The position numbers and the translations under genes are program-made. The notes beneath the pieces are model-generated. The model was not told where the DNA came from. It saw only the letters and a list, made by a program, of their open reading frames with translations, and searched no databases. Below are positions 11,941 to 24,785 of a DNA stretch of 64,000 nt, piece after piece. Every line of letters starts with the position of its first letter. Positions within the stretch are counted from its first letter, which is position 1. Origin of the DNA: Saprolegnia diclina VS20 (taxonomy: Eukaryota); assembly GCF_000281045.1 (NCBI RefSeq), contig NW_008246082.1, forward strand, positions 480,448 through 544,447, read 5' to 3'.

Positions 11941-12012
11941 TGCGCCAGCGGGGATTGAACCTTGTGCCTTCCGCTTACGAAGCAAAAATCCACCGACTTG
12001 ACAAAGGGGCGC
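11941..12012 (-). pseudogene. Degenerate tRNA-Thr(CGT)-like sequence (pseudo-tRNA or tRNA-derived repeat)
   Basis: The reverse complement is 72 nt: GCGCCCC-TTTGTCAAGTCGGTGGATT-TTTGC-TTCGTAA-GCGGA-AGGCA-CAAGG-TTCAATC-CCCGC-TGGCGCA. It has terminal GCGCC/GGCGC pairing, an anticodon loop with CGT, a GTTCAATC B-box, and TTTT 5 nt downstream. The D and T stems are broken. Confidence 0.6.
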
Positions 12013-12850
12013 CACGAGGAATGACCCGCAACGTGCCATGCGATGAGTTGAAAAAGCGAAAAGGAGCTTGATGACAGCACCGGTGCAGCGTATGGTCGCT
12101 TCGTGGATAGCCGCGAGCTAGCGTAAACGCTGCACGACCATCATGGGTACACTGTCCTCTCGGTCCTGCGACCGAGCACCGCAACCATGCAACATCTCGT
12201 GCGTCGTTTTCGGTGCAACCTTGTGCACGTGGCGTCGCGTTGATCGTCGTCGCGAAGCCTCCGCGATAGCGCGAGCGATAGTGCATGTCCCGCAAGCCTC
12301 TTACGCCAGTCAATCGCTGCTGTTGCAACCAAGACCTGCGTCACGGCTCTGTCCCGACGATGTCGATTCTTTGCAAGCTCGCCACGAAGCATCACCAACC
12401 CAAGGGTAACCCTCAACGCCCACTTGTCAACGCCTACCGCGCCATCATCAGCGGCAGCATCACATGTGTTGACCACCTGCGACGCAGCATGGCAAGGTCG
12501 ACGCTCCACCCGTGCGTAACTGCTGGGCCACGTCCAATTGATTACCAAAAGCGTCTCAATATAGCAATATTTCCCTATTACGTCGTCCTAGAAGCATTGC
12601 TTGCGGTCTGGATTCTTGCATGAGATCGGATCGGTCCAGCGGAATCTGCTTCTGTGCAAGAGACGTCGATCGCGTCCCACTCTGGTGCGCATGCAGAAAG
12701 AGCCGCGTGTCTAATCTCGGCGCGTCGACGTCGCGCCGGTCGTGGGGTCGAGAGAGACACTTGCGAGAAATTGCCCTCCGTGCCAACCCGCCAATCACGC
12801 GCGCCGGGTCTCTACCGCTCGAAGCTCGCCAGTCGCGGACTTGGGCATCG

Positions 12851-15614
12851 ATGGACTTTCCAGCATCATCGAACTCGCCGTCGGACGGCAGCAGCCGGAC
12901 GCTGTGGTTCTTTGGCCTCTGCGCCTCCATCGTGCTCTTTGTGCTCTTCCTCGGTATCGTCAACCACTGCTACAACAAGCACTATGGCATGCCCCTGCCC
13001 GCGCCCGCCGTCACAAACCAAAAGTACGTCGTCGCTTCCACGCGTTGCCATGACGCAGACTCTCTGTCCTAGCTTCCACGAGTTTATGCCAGGCATCAAG
13101 CGCGGCGACGTCGAGGAGCTGTACGCGCTGGCGTTCCTGGCCATGTCCTTACTTAGCGCCGCTCCTCCGAATAGGCTTGCCAACGTCGAGCGCTGGGAGT
13201 GCTCCATCTGTGCATTCCAAAGCTTGCTTCAAAAACCCGCCTGTAGTCTCTGCGGCACACCAAGAGGTACGACCATAGACGTCACGGAGCGCGAGTGCGA
13301 CGGTGCCCATAGACACGCGGCTCGTCGAGGTCTCGCCCGAGGTCGTCGTGCCGCGCATGACCCGCAGCAGCAGCGTGCTGCGTCGCTCGTCAATCGCCGG
13401 CAACTACCGCCATCGATCCAAGTCCACCTTGCCGCGACACTCGATGCGCCGGCTCTCGGTGCTCTTTCAAAAAGCCATCTTGCCCGACGACCTCAACGCC
13501 CGTCAGCGCAGCGCACGGTAGACCTCCTCTCGTACTACCTTGGATTCGATGCAAAAGCGTAGCATGCGCAAGCAGTGGAGCCGGCAAATCGACGGTGCCG
13601 GGCACGTCTCGTGGAAGCGTCACTTCATCGACTCGGAGGACTTTCCCGCTGCCTTTTTCGTGCAGCTGGTAGACTCGACACAACTGCAATATTCTGGGCT
13701 GATGTTCGATGGGCGTAGAACCCGAGCCAGGACGAGATGTTTGCCAACCACGAAGTCGAGCCGCTTGACGAGTGCGTCGTCATTACGCTGCGGGGCAGCA
13801 TCGTCCGTGGGCTGGACAAGACCCAGGACGCCGATCGGCTGACCGAGCCCGAGTCGCCCGTCGACGAGAGCGACGCGGGGACTGGCGTATACAGCGAGCT
13901 CAAGAGCGCCAAGGCGATTGCGTGGCTCGACCTTGCGACGGGGGATCCCAACAAGACGGTGCTGGGCACGTCGATCTCCGAGGCGATGTGGAGCTCGCTC
14001 TTGCCGCTCACAAAGCTCGCCTTTACGCTCAAGTATGCGTGGTTCCTCCACCAAACCGCCGACCTCTTCGTGCCCTACGACGAGTTGTACGTAGCAATTT
14101 GCTGGTACAGCGAAATAGCAATGCTTGAGTAGATACATCAAAACCAAGGTCCACCGTTCCCGACTCTTTGAGGAAGCGCTCGAGAACCTTTTGCACCTGG
14201 ACGGCCGCGCGCTCTGTGCCATTCTGCGCTTTCAGTTTGTCGGCGAGTCGGGCCTGGACGCCGGAGCGATCCAGCGCGAGTGGTACTGCGCCGTTCTGCG
14301 TCCTGTATCAAGGTATCAACCATTAGGTACATGCTCGTGGCGCAAGCAATGCTCTCGGAAACCTCGGGCATGTTTATCGAAGCCAACCGCGACGACCACT
14401 CGTTCTTTATCAACCCCAACTGCGCCGCCGACATGACGTACGACAGAAGGAATCACTCTGAGCCACGTGTTGACGCTTGTACTGTATCGTAGCGAGTCGG
14501 CGGTGCACTACCTCGATGCGTTCCGTGCTGCAGGACGCTTTATTGGCCGCGCTCTCCTCGACGGCCAAGTGCTCCCACTGCATTTGAGCCCCGTACTCTT
14601 TAAAGGTTCCTGCTTGCTACCACGTTCTAGCGTACGTATCATGTGGCGTAGCGCTGCTTGGCATGCCCTGCACGCTCGATGACATTGAGACGCTCGACAA
14701 GACGCTGTACAAGAGGTCTCTCCATTAGTGTTGCATGCCTCGACCATGTCTCTATGATGCTTAGTTTGCGCTACTTGCTCGACAACAAGCACGTCGACGA
14801 GTTGGCACTGACCTTCTCTGTGACTCAAGAACGCGCGGGGAAGCTTGTCGAGGTCGACCTCGTACCCCATGGCCAAGACGTGCCCGTGACGGACGCCAAC
14901 AAACACGCGTACATTGAGCGCATGGTACTGTGATACTTTGTTGTATGTTGTGAAATATATATATTGGAGGTATGTAGATGCGGCATCTTCTCTTTGACCG
15001 AATCCAAGACCCATTGCACGCGCTCATTCAAGGCACGTACGACGTTGTGCCGCCCGAGCTGCTCCTTGTCTTTGACCACAAAGAGGTTTGTGTTGCTTCG
15101 ACGGTTCCGTGACGTCTCACGATGACGTGGGTAGCTCGAGCTCATTCTCTGCGGCCAGAGCGATATTGATGTCGACGATTGGGAGACAAGCACGGTCACG
15201 TCGTCGAATTTGAAGAATTCAGCCGTCCTCGAGGTATGCGCCCTGCAAGGTGCAGCCAAGACTCATGACGCGTAGTGGTTCTGGAAACTGGTGCGTGCGC
15301 TCTCGTCCGCCGACCAAGCCAAGCTCCTGCAGTACGCGACCGGTTCATCCCGCGTGCCGGTCCAAGGCTTCCAAGGTACGTTGCCTCTAGACACAGTGTT
15401 GGGATTCATGCGGGTGGTGGTAGGCTTGACGAGCTACGACGGAAAGATTTGCTATTTTACGCTCAAAGGCGTGCCGTACACGTTGGGCGCGTACCCTGTA
15501 GCCCATGCATGCTACAACCGCATCGACCTTCCGTTGTACCCGACGCAGGAGCTGTTAGATGACGCTGTCCGGACACTCCTGCTCTCGGACCCGACCGGCT
15601 TCAACATGCAATAA
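12851..15614 (+). CDS. HECT E3 ubiquitin ligase paralog 2: TM helix, RanBP2/NZF finger, HECT; about 15 exons
   Basis: LWFFGLCASIVLFVLFLGIVNHC (TM); WECSICAFQSLLQKPACSLC; FVGESGLDAGAIQREW; YPVAHACYNRIDLP; ends GFNMQ*. Confidence 0.92.
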
Positions 15615-16023
15615 ATGTTGAGTCGTCGCCCATAGACGATCACGTCCTGTACCCTACTTATTCCGCGACTGCAGCTAACACTCTTGCCCATACGTGTCTT
15701 GTGTGCCTCGCCACTGCGTTGTTGAATGCATGTTGGGGATTGCAATCTCTGTGACCCATCCTCTTCCCCTGCTTGTGGATCGATCAACGCTCACACGCTG
15801 AAAAAGCTCATGTCCGCGAGGCCAGTTGCGCGTCGCCCTCGCCCATGGCGCCGATGCCAGGAGCGCTGCCGACGCGCCTACCTCGATGCCATGACCCTTT
15901 TCCATGGGCCATATGGGTCCGCGTCGCGATCCCGTGTCGACGGACGCCACGACGACGCCTGACGTGGGGTGCTCGGCCGCCGGCGTCGCGCTTGCCGTTT
16001 CGAATTTCCCACGCTTTTGTCAC

Positions 16024-16044
16024 GTCCGGATATTATCCGGATAT
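16024..16044. promoter_or_regulatory. Tandem TCCGGATA/TATCCGGATA element upstream of MED14
   Basis: GTCCGGATATTATCCGGATAT, about 75 bp before the ATG; INR-like TCATTTT at about 16093. Confidence 0.55.
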
Positions 16045-16117
16045 TCGCGGCGACACAGCTTTTAGTGTGTGGTGTGTTGGGTGGAGAAACCTTCATTTTC
16101 TAATACGCTCGGAGCGC

Positions 16118-19100
16118 ATGGAGGGCCTCCCGGCAGTCGAGCCCGTCGAGCTGCGGGACCTCGTGGCACGCTGCGTGGACAAGAGCTACGAGAACTTCCG
16201 CGGCCTCGCGCATGGCCTCGGCGGCGTGGCCAAGGCCGAGGAGCGCCGGGAGCAGGCGCTCAAGCACCTCGCCGACACGCGGAGCCTCTTTGAGAAGCTG
16301 CTCGTGCTCACGCGCTGGTCGGTGCAGAGCCCGCTCGCCGCGCAGTGCGCCGAGCTGCTCAAGACGGCCAAGCTCTTTACGGACCAGCTCAACGAGTCGA
16401 ACGACCGACTCTTCTTTCTGCACGCGGATTTGAACCGCGCCAAGGAGCGCACGTACGACCTCGCGACCGCGATTGACGTGCTCTACGGCGGCACGTACCC
16501 GCGCCTGCCCAAGCTCATTAGCTACGCGATGCATCCCAAGGAGATGCCCGACGTCGACGAGGACAAGGCGATCCAGGAAATGGACGACATCATTCGCTTC
16601 CGACTCATTGAAGAGGAGATTCCGTCGACGTTTACGCGCATCGACGTGGACGGTGGGTTTGTGATTGCACACGTTGAAGGCGAGTTTGAGATTGTCTTTA
16701 CGCTCAACGGCAAGGAGTCGGACAGCCTCTGGCGGCTCGTCGCGATCAACACGGTGCTCACGGACGCGACAGCGACCGAAAAGTACAAGACGCTCGCCAG
16801 CACCAACACGCTGCGCATCATCAAGGCGAACGCGCCGACCGAGCTCCACTACATGCACATGCGCAACCTCGTGCAGAAATGCATGAACAAGTCGAACGCG
16901 CCGTTCGTGGCGGCCTGCGACATCATGCGCGACTTTTGCTGCTCGCTCTCGCTGCAGATCCTCGTTGCTCAAGGCCACCTCCTCACCGACTCGCGCTGGA
17001 AGAGCAGCAACGTCGAGTTTGTCTACCACGCCGACAAGCAAGTACTCGACATTTGCTACTGGTCGTCGTTCTGCCGCCCGGCCGTGCTCACGACCGAAGC
17101 CGCGCAGCTCGCGGCCGAGATGGCCGACAAGTTTAAAAAACCCGAGTCCGAGTCGCTGCCTCCGTACCCGACAGCGAGCCTCTGCGTGCGTCTCTATTCG
17201 GACCCAAAGCACCACGACCTCCTCTCGCTCTCACTGCACCCGCCGCCAGCCCCCGAGCTCCGCGCGTCGCTCTCGGACGCGCTCGTCGTGCCGCGCAACA
17301 TGTATGGGCTCAGCGCCGAGGCCTTCCTCATGGGCGCGATGCGCATGCACGTGGCGTCGGCGCTCTTTTGTCTCGAGCGCCACCTCGTGCTGGGCACGGG
17401 CACGTCGACGCCGCTGCACTTGACGACCAGCGAAGCCGTCCACATTGTTCGCACCGAGCGAAGCGTGCACATTGCCCGCGCCGACTCGGGCGGCCTCGCG
17501 CAGTACCAGCTCGAGCTTTCGTTTGACGTGCGCACGGGGCTCTTTACGGCCGCGTGCGTGGCGGCGTCCAAGAGCCCGCTCGTCGATGGCGTCGTGCGCG
17601 CTCTCGAGGCGTTGCTGCAGCGCAGCGTCAAGGCGCAGCTCGGCCCGACCGGCTTTAGCTTGGCGATCGACGATTTGAAGGCTGTCGCGGACGCGGTGAG
17701 CGCGTGTCTCCGCGAGATGCTCGCCTACGAGATCTCGGAGGTCGCGTCGAGCTTTGCCAACATTGAAGTGCACCGCCACGTCTCGGTCAACTGGGACCGG
17801 TACATTGCGTTTCGCCGGCAGCAGGGCAACAACGTCGACGCGCTCTCGATCTCGCCGAACGCGCTCTTTTTCCAAATTGTGCGCAACAAGGAGTCGTGTG
17901 GGTACCTCGTGGTCGAGATTGACCGCGAGGCCGAGTACGAGAGCTCGACCGACGTCCACTACGTCGAGAACGCCGACGACTGGATCCGCGTACCGGCGTT
18001 TTCGCTATTGCAGCTGAGCTCGTCGGCCGGCGCGCCGAGCGCGGTGCAGTTTTTCCAGCGGTTTCCCGCGTTCCGCAAGGACGCGTTGGCGCCCATGATG
18101 CCGCCGCCGACCAAGAAGCAAAAGACGGCTGCGAGTACACCGCCGCTCGCGCCGCTCTTCCTCCACGTCGTGAGCTTGTGCCACGAGCGTATCCAGCTGC
18201 AGCACTACGTCAACTTTGCCAAGCGCCGACGCGTGCGCATTCGGTATGCGGGCCAAGGCGGCACGGCCTCGTCAAGCCACCAAAGCGGCGAGCAGATCGT
18301 GTCGTTCCCGTTTCCCGAGCGCGTGTCGTCGGCGCCGATGGAGATCCGCGCGGTGCATGGGCACTTGCGCAAATGCGGCGGGTTTGAAATGTGCGTGCAA
18401 TTAGCCTCGCCGCCGTTCAAGTTTCTCATTCCCGACGACTTTTTCGGCACAATGCACCACGGCGACCACCACGCGCTGCCGAACACGAACCTCATCTTCC
18501 GGTACCCGCCAACGTCCAAGCTGCAGCCCGACAACCCCCTCGAGACTTTTATCGCTGACCTCCTCATGAACGTGAAACCCATGTGCGAGTTTGGCGTCAA
18601 GCTCGAAAAGACGTTGGGGAGTCTCGGCCGGTACGGCCCGGACGTGGACGTGCGCGACCACTTTATCGTCGAGCGCGCCGACCCATTCTCGATCGTGCTC
18701 GCGTGTCGCACGAGCAACCCGAAGCGGTGCGTCGCTGCGGGATCGACGCCGGACGACACGATCACGTACCGGATCACGGTGCAGTTCAAGCCCAAAGGCG
18801 GCTTCATCCTCACGAGCAGCCACCGCGGCGAGCACCCGCTCTTGCAGTTCATCCAGGCCGCGCTCAACGTCCACAACGACTCTGCGCAGCTGCTCGAGGC
18901 GCTCGAGCGCACAACGATCCCGCTCGCGATCCTCTCGAGTGTCGTGAGCTCGCAAGTGATCTCGGCCAAGTGCTACCGGCACGACTCGGCCCCGGTACAT
19001 ATATACAAGCGCCAGCGAGACGCTCATGACATGTGTAGAGGCGAGAGGGCGGCGGTGGCAGTCTTGGCGGCAAAAAGGGCGGCGGCAAGGGCCTCCGGTT

Positions 19101-19454
19101 CGGGTACAAGGGCAAGCTCCCGGGCGAAGAAAAGGGGTACTACGCCGAGCGCACGTATGGCGGCGACGACCGATCGTTTATGCCGGCCGACCTGCTTTTG
19201 ATCCCGCGGTCGCAAAACCACATTCGCCTCACGTACGCCGACCGCTGCGGCATCGACGTCTTCTTCATGGAGGTACACGCTCCTCCTCAGGCATGCTCAT
19301 ACATGGAGGCTAGAACGAGACGGTGACGATCAAGAGCGCGCCGTGCGGTGCCCGTGTCCCAAGCTGCGCGGTCGACGGCGGTCTCTCGGTGTCCCACGCC
19401 ACCTTTGGCGAGCGCCTCCGCAACCTCGTCTTTCCCGAAATGGCTTCGTTGTAG
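16118..19454 (+). CDS. MED14: Mediator complex subunit 14 (RGR1/SWP-like)
   Basis: The N-terminus VELRDLVARCVDKSYENF...LFEKLLVLTRWS...DRLFFLHADLNRAKERTYDLATAIDVLYGGTYPRLP matches the Med14 signature (YDxxxAxxxLxxGxYxRLP). Long first exon plus two short introns near 19.0 and 19.3 kb; TAG at 19452-19454. Confidence 0.85.
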
Positions 19455-19515
19455 GCACTTCACCACTGCATATAATATACAAGACGACGGTTAACTTACA
19501 CTCACTACTGCGAAC

Positions 19516-21869
19516 CTACTGGATGTTGAAGCCCGTCGGGTCCGAGAGCAAGAGCATCTTGATGGCGTCCTCGAGGAGCTCCTTCTTGGGGTAGATGGGC
19601 AGGTCGAGCCGGTTGTAGCATGCGTGTGCGACTGGGTACATGCCCGGTACGTACGGCAGACCCTTCAGAGTGAAGTAGCAGATCTTGCCGTCGTAGCTCG
19701 TCAAGCCCTTGAAGCCCTGAACCGGCACGCGCGCCGAGCCCGTGGCGAATTGCAGCAAGCGCGCCTTCTCGTCGCCACTGAGTCCGTCGAGGATGTCCCA
19801 AAACCACTAGATTTTAGCATGAGCTCGAAAGTATCAAGTCAACAATACGTACGGTGACGACGGGGACGGTCTCGAGGTTGGTCGAGAGGACCGTGTTGGC
19901 CTTCCAGTCGGCCACGTCAATGTCGGTGAGGCCGCAGAGGATGAGCTCGAGCTCCTTGTGGTCGAATGGCACGAGGAGCTCGGCGGGCAGGATGTCGTGG
20001 ATGCCTTGGACAAGCGCCAACAGCGGCCCCTCGACGCGCTCAAAGAGGAGGTGCCGGACCATGCGGTCGACGTACTCGTACTTGGTGGCGTCCGTCACGA
20101 GCAGCTGCGACCCGTTCGGCACGAGGTCGACCTCGACAACACGTCCGTGGGCGTCGCACGCGGTCACCGAGAAGGTCAGCGTGAGGTCTTCGACGCGGTC
20201 CGTCTCGAGAATGTAGCGCAAGCTAGCGAGCAGATGAGCGATTGCGCAGCAACGCCATTGAGCTCTACCTCTTGTAGACCGTCGCATCAAGGCTCTCGAC
20301 GTCGTCTATGGTCAGCGGCGTACCGAGGATGCTTTTGAACAGCGTCGGGTTCAAATGCAGCGGGAGCACTTGGCCGTCGAGGAGCGCGCGCCCAATGAAG
20401 CGGCCGGCCGCGCGGCACGCATCGTTGTGGCTCATCGACTGCGTAAACCTAATCCCATCGACTATGAGACAGGTACTCGATACAAAAGAATGGTACGGGA
20501 ACGCAGGGTTGGGGTTGAGGATGTACGAGTGGTCGTCGCGGTTGGCCGAGACAAAGAGACCGGCCTGCGGCGACAGCAACGCTTGGGCCACGAGCATGTA
20601 CCACTCGCGCTGGACCGCACCGGCGTCGAGACCCTTCTCTTCCGTGAACTGGAGCCGAACGATCGCGCAGAGCTCAAACGACTTGAGATGCAAGAGGTTC
20701 TCGAGCGCCTCTTCGAAGACGCGGTCGCGGAGCGCGCGCATTTGAATGTAGCCAATCTCATACGGCAACACGAGGTCGGCCACTTGGTGGAGGAACCACG
20801 CATACTTGGCCGTGAAGGGCACCTTGGTCAGCATGTGCAGCGACGGCCAGAGACCCGACGCGAGGACGTCGCCCGTGACGAGTCGCGACGCATCGACGGC
20901 TTCGATCGGCGAATATACGAGCCGCTTGGAGGATAGCTGCGACGCCGACTCGAGCGTCGGTACCGCCGACTCGGCATCTTCGAGCACAGGCGACATGAGC
21001 TTGACGCGCAGCGTATCGAGTGCCGACGCGCCGTCGTCATTGGCGTCGTCGGCGTCGATATGAATGACGAACGCCGGCGGCACGTGGTTGATATCGAGAC
21101 ACCGCCGGCGCCAGTACGGCTGGCCGTGGATATCGACGTGGCGCGACCACTCCTTGCGCATGCTATGGGATAGGATATGGTGAGCTCGAGGCGGCGAGAT
21201 ATGGGTATCTCTACCGGGCCGAGCGCTGGCGGGCCGTCAAGTCTTCGGGCAGCACCATCGTCTTGGTGAAGAAGCCCGAGAGGCGCGGGTTGCCGCTCGG
21301 CGTGAGCATGCGGTTCTTGCTCGCCTGGCGAAAGAGCAGCGACGGGTTACTCCGCTGCTTGGAGAGCCGGGTCTGGCTCGACTGCCGCGCGAGCTCGGCG
21401 CGGTAGCTCTTGTTGAAGTGCTCGATTTCCGTTGACGGTTCGACGAACCGCGAGTCTATGGCGTAGCTTAGCCACCAAGCAATTGTCAAGCCGCGTCATT
21501 GACCCACCTTTTTTCGCGCCGCAGAGGCAGCACACGGGGCGGTCGACGACGTTGAGGAAGGCGCAGACCGGGCACTCCCACCGGTCCACATCCAAAAGCC
21601 TAGTCACCAGCATGAGCGCCTCGTGAGCTGCGATCGTCGTACAAGTCTTCGACATCGCCGCGTTTGAGCCCCGGCATAAAGTTGCTCAAGCTAGTCGCGC
21701 CACGTCAGCACCCTCAATGTCATTTGCAGTCGTACATGGGCTGGTGGAGCGGGTAGTGACCATCAAGAGCGCTCATGCGGTTGCAGTACTTGGCGAGGCC
21801 GCCGAGGCAGAGGAAGAGCACGGCAATGCTCAAGACAAAGAGAATCTCGCTCGACGTCTGCGCGTCCAT
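19516..21869 (-). CDS. HECT E3 ubiquitin ligase paralog 3: TM helix, RanBP2/NZF finger, HECT
   Basis: MDAQTSSEILFVLSIAVLFLCLGGLAKYC (TM); WECPVCAFLNVVDRPVCCLC; FTEEKGLDAGAVQREWY; YPVAHACYNRLDLP; ends GFNIQ*. Confidence 0.92.
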
Positions 21870-22215
21870 CGTAGAATCTGCGGTCTTGTCAAATGCAAAC
21901 TGAGTCGGCGTGCAAGGCAGCACCACTCTCATCGCCCTCGCATGGGCGCAAGTCCAGTGCGCGTGCCACTTGGCCAAGTACTGTGGATGAGCTGACCATA
22001 CAAACCGCGAGTTGGACGCTCGCGACACGGTGGCTGCGAAAGTCGCCGTCGGACCATGTGGCAAATGACTGCGAGTTTCTATGCAGTGGGCCACGGCCGC
22101 CATTACTTTTTTAGATATTTTTTGTGGCATACAAACCTTAGCATAAAGATATGAAAACAATAAAAGATTCGTGGGTGCATGGCGATCGTAAGGCAAGAGA
22201 CTTGCGGTTCGAAGC

Positions 22216-23531
22216 ATGGCGGAATGGGCGTATCTGGCGACGCTGGTCCCACCGACGTACCCATGCGTGCGCCGGGCGACCACCGGCCGCATGGAGCTTG
22301 ATGGGCGCCTCAACAAGCGCGACTGGGCGCATGCGCCGTGGACCGCCGCCTTTGTCGACATTGAGGGCCCGGCGCGCAAGGTACCGGATGCGCTATCATG
22401 GACAGGTGGCAAAAGCATGGTTAGCCCAACCCGGAAATGACGACGCGCGTCAAGATGATGTGGGACGACGACTACCTCTACGTGGGCGCGGCCATGGAGG
22501 AGACCAAGGTCTGGGGCACGTTCACAGTCAAGAACACAGTCATGTACCACGAGAACGACTTTGAGATCTTCATCGACCCGGACGGAAGCCACCACAACTA
22601 CTAGTACATCCAAGACGACGACAAAGCAACCGCAGCTTACCGAGCCGTGTAGCGAGATGGAGATGAACTGCCTCAATACGATCTGGGAGCTCGTGCTACG
22701 CCGGCCGTACAAGGACGGCCATGACATTGAGAACCCGCGCAACCTCGTCGACATTCGGTCGGCCGTGCACATTGACGGCGCCGCCAACGACCCGTCCGTA
22801 ACATGCCGCAGCTGGAGTCTCGAGGTCGCGCTACCACTCGCAGAGCTCGCTATCTTCGACGAGCGCCAGGCCCGACAGGTCGTTTCTTAGTCGCCGAACA
22901 CCGAAAAAACACATGTGTAGGTGCAAGTGGGGGACACATGGCGCATGAACTTCTCCCGCGTCCACTACGATCTCAGTGTTGAGAATGTCAATGGCCAGCC
23001 CACGGTACGCCAGTCGCACGGGCGCCGGTTGCGACTCGTAATGGTACCTAGTACGTCAAGGTCCCCGGTCGTCGCGAGTACAACTTTGTCTGGTCGCCCA
23101 CCGGTGTGATCGATATCCATCGTCCGGAAAAGTGGGCGCTCGTGCGCTTCCTCGGCACATGCGCTGTCGACCCCGCGACGTGGCCAGCCACCGAGTGCGT
23201 CACCGCAACGCGTCGACAGACTCTGGCTGACGACGTCGCGTAGGCGCGCCTTGCTGCAAGCGCTCTCCGATGAAGATGTCTTGAACGCAGTCTACTATGC
23301 CCAGCGCCAGTACCACGCGGTCCACGCCACGTACGCGCCGTCGCTCGATGTTTTGTTTGGCGATGCGACGCCGCCCCGCGTGACGCTCGACGTACGAGTC
23401 ATGGACGGGAATGGTCGAGCCAACGGCGTGTGTAGGTGGCCGACGACAAGTGCTCGTACACGCTCTCGTATGTGGACGCGGCGGGCGGCAAGCATGGCAT
23501 GACGCACGATGCCAAGTACACTCGATCTTGA
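22216..23531 (+). CDS. Carbohydrate-binding family 9-like (CBM9/DOMON-like) protein, multi-exon
   Basis: LDGRLNKRDWAHAPWTAAFVDIEG; TRVKMMWDDDYLYVGA; YHENDFEIFIDPDGSHHNYYEMEMN; GDTWRMNFSRV; VWSPTGVIDIHRPEKWALV. These are typical CBM9-like motifs. Confidence 0.8.
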
Positions 23532-24785
23532 TGGAGGGTCGTCGCGACGTTCGTGGACGGGCCATAACAGCCGGAAGACTAGCCATTTTGGCTTGTGTAA
23601 TACAGACAACTTGACCAGCGACGCGATGGCGTGGTGTGTGCCAGTGGGCGTCGCTAGGGATGCATTTGCAAAGCTCATCCTGGGCGAAGCGGTTTGGCGA
23701 CTGCGCCGTTGGTGGGCATCGTGACCTCGCTCCGTGTGTCGTCGGGCAGCATCTTGGACCACCACCGTTCTCGCAACGTCGCAGAACGTCGACCTCTCTC
23801 TCAACACATATGACATGGGCTCCCACATGGTCGCGCTACCCATCTGACACAGCAAGCTGCAAACACGACAAAGACCCAGTTCTCACAAGTCTTGCTGTTG
23901 CGGACGATTGTTCTGGACGCCGTTCGCCTGGCGCTGCAAGAGAAATGGAAGGGGTGACACCTTGGAGGTCGTCGGGTACTGTCAGCGGTACAGTGCCTCT
24001 GCAACCAGCGCTAAAGCTCACGCGCCCTTGACGTATCGTATCAGCTCTCTAGTTCGAGGAACTTCTTGGTCCGACCTGTCTCGCCATGACCAGTTCTTCG
24101 TAGACTCTCAGCGTTGATCGCCATGCACTCAAGTCGACTCCGCACCCGCCGTCTCGCTTTCGTATTGTGGTATTGGCGCATGCTTTTGTACAGGCAATAG
24201 ACTCACTCCAACAACAACAAGGAACATCGCAGGAGGTCGTTGGACTGCGACTGCAAACCACTGCCAACACCGAAAAGGATCATGTGACGTAGAGCGTTCG
24301 TGGTTGGTAATAAGACCCAAGCAGATATTGTGATTTGCACGCTGTCGGTCACCACGTCGCTCGTCCCGACGACACACGCTGTTGCGGTCGTGGGACGTTT
24401 GTGCCCCAAATACGACGCGTGCGTCATGACGCAAGCAGACGGATCTGCCGTCACAAGCGCCATATTCGATGGACCGTTGGCTCGTGGATCTTGGGATGGT
24501 GGATCGCGATGGGTCCCCAAATGTCGAACAAGTCGCATGACAACAGAGCACACGACGTGGCGCACGCCCAGCAATGAAACCGATTCTTCTGTCGACAAAG
24601 GTTTCTGCGAGTGCAAGTTGTATACACCACGCCGCATCAAGCTATCTTTGCGGCTTTATCGGAACAATAGCCTACTCGTCCATACAAGCTTTGCGTTGTG
24701 TATATCCTGGACAAGATACGACGGGTCACGAGGGATCCCTGCGTGCGGGTACCTCAGTGCTCAATTTCGACCGCCGTCAGCAACC

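Noticed and set aside
15773..16117. N-terminal extensions of long track ORFs (MED14, also 10181-10621 and 61510-61734)
   Set aside because: They start at non-ATG codons and overlap promoter motifs; homology begins at the downstream ATG.
23540..24700. Possible degenerate coding or mobile sequence between the CBM9-like and PAN genes
   Set aside because: Short ORFs with stops and no recognisable motif.
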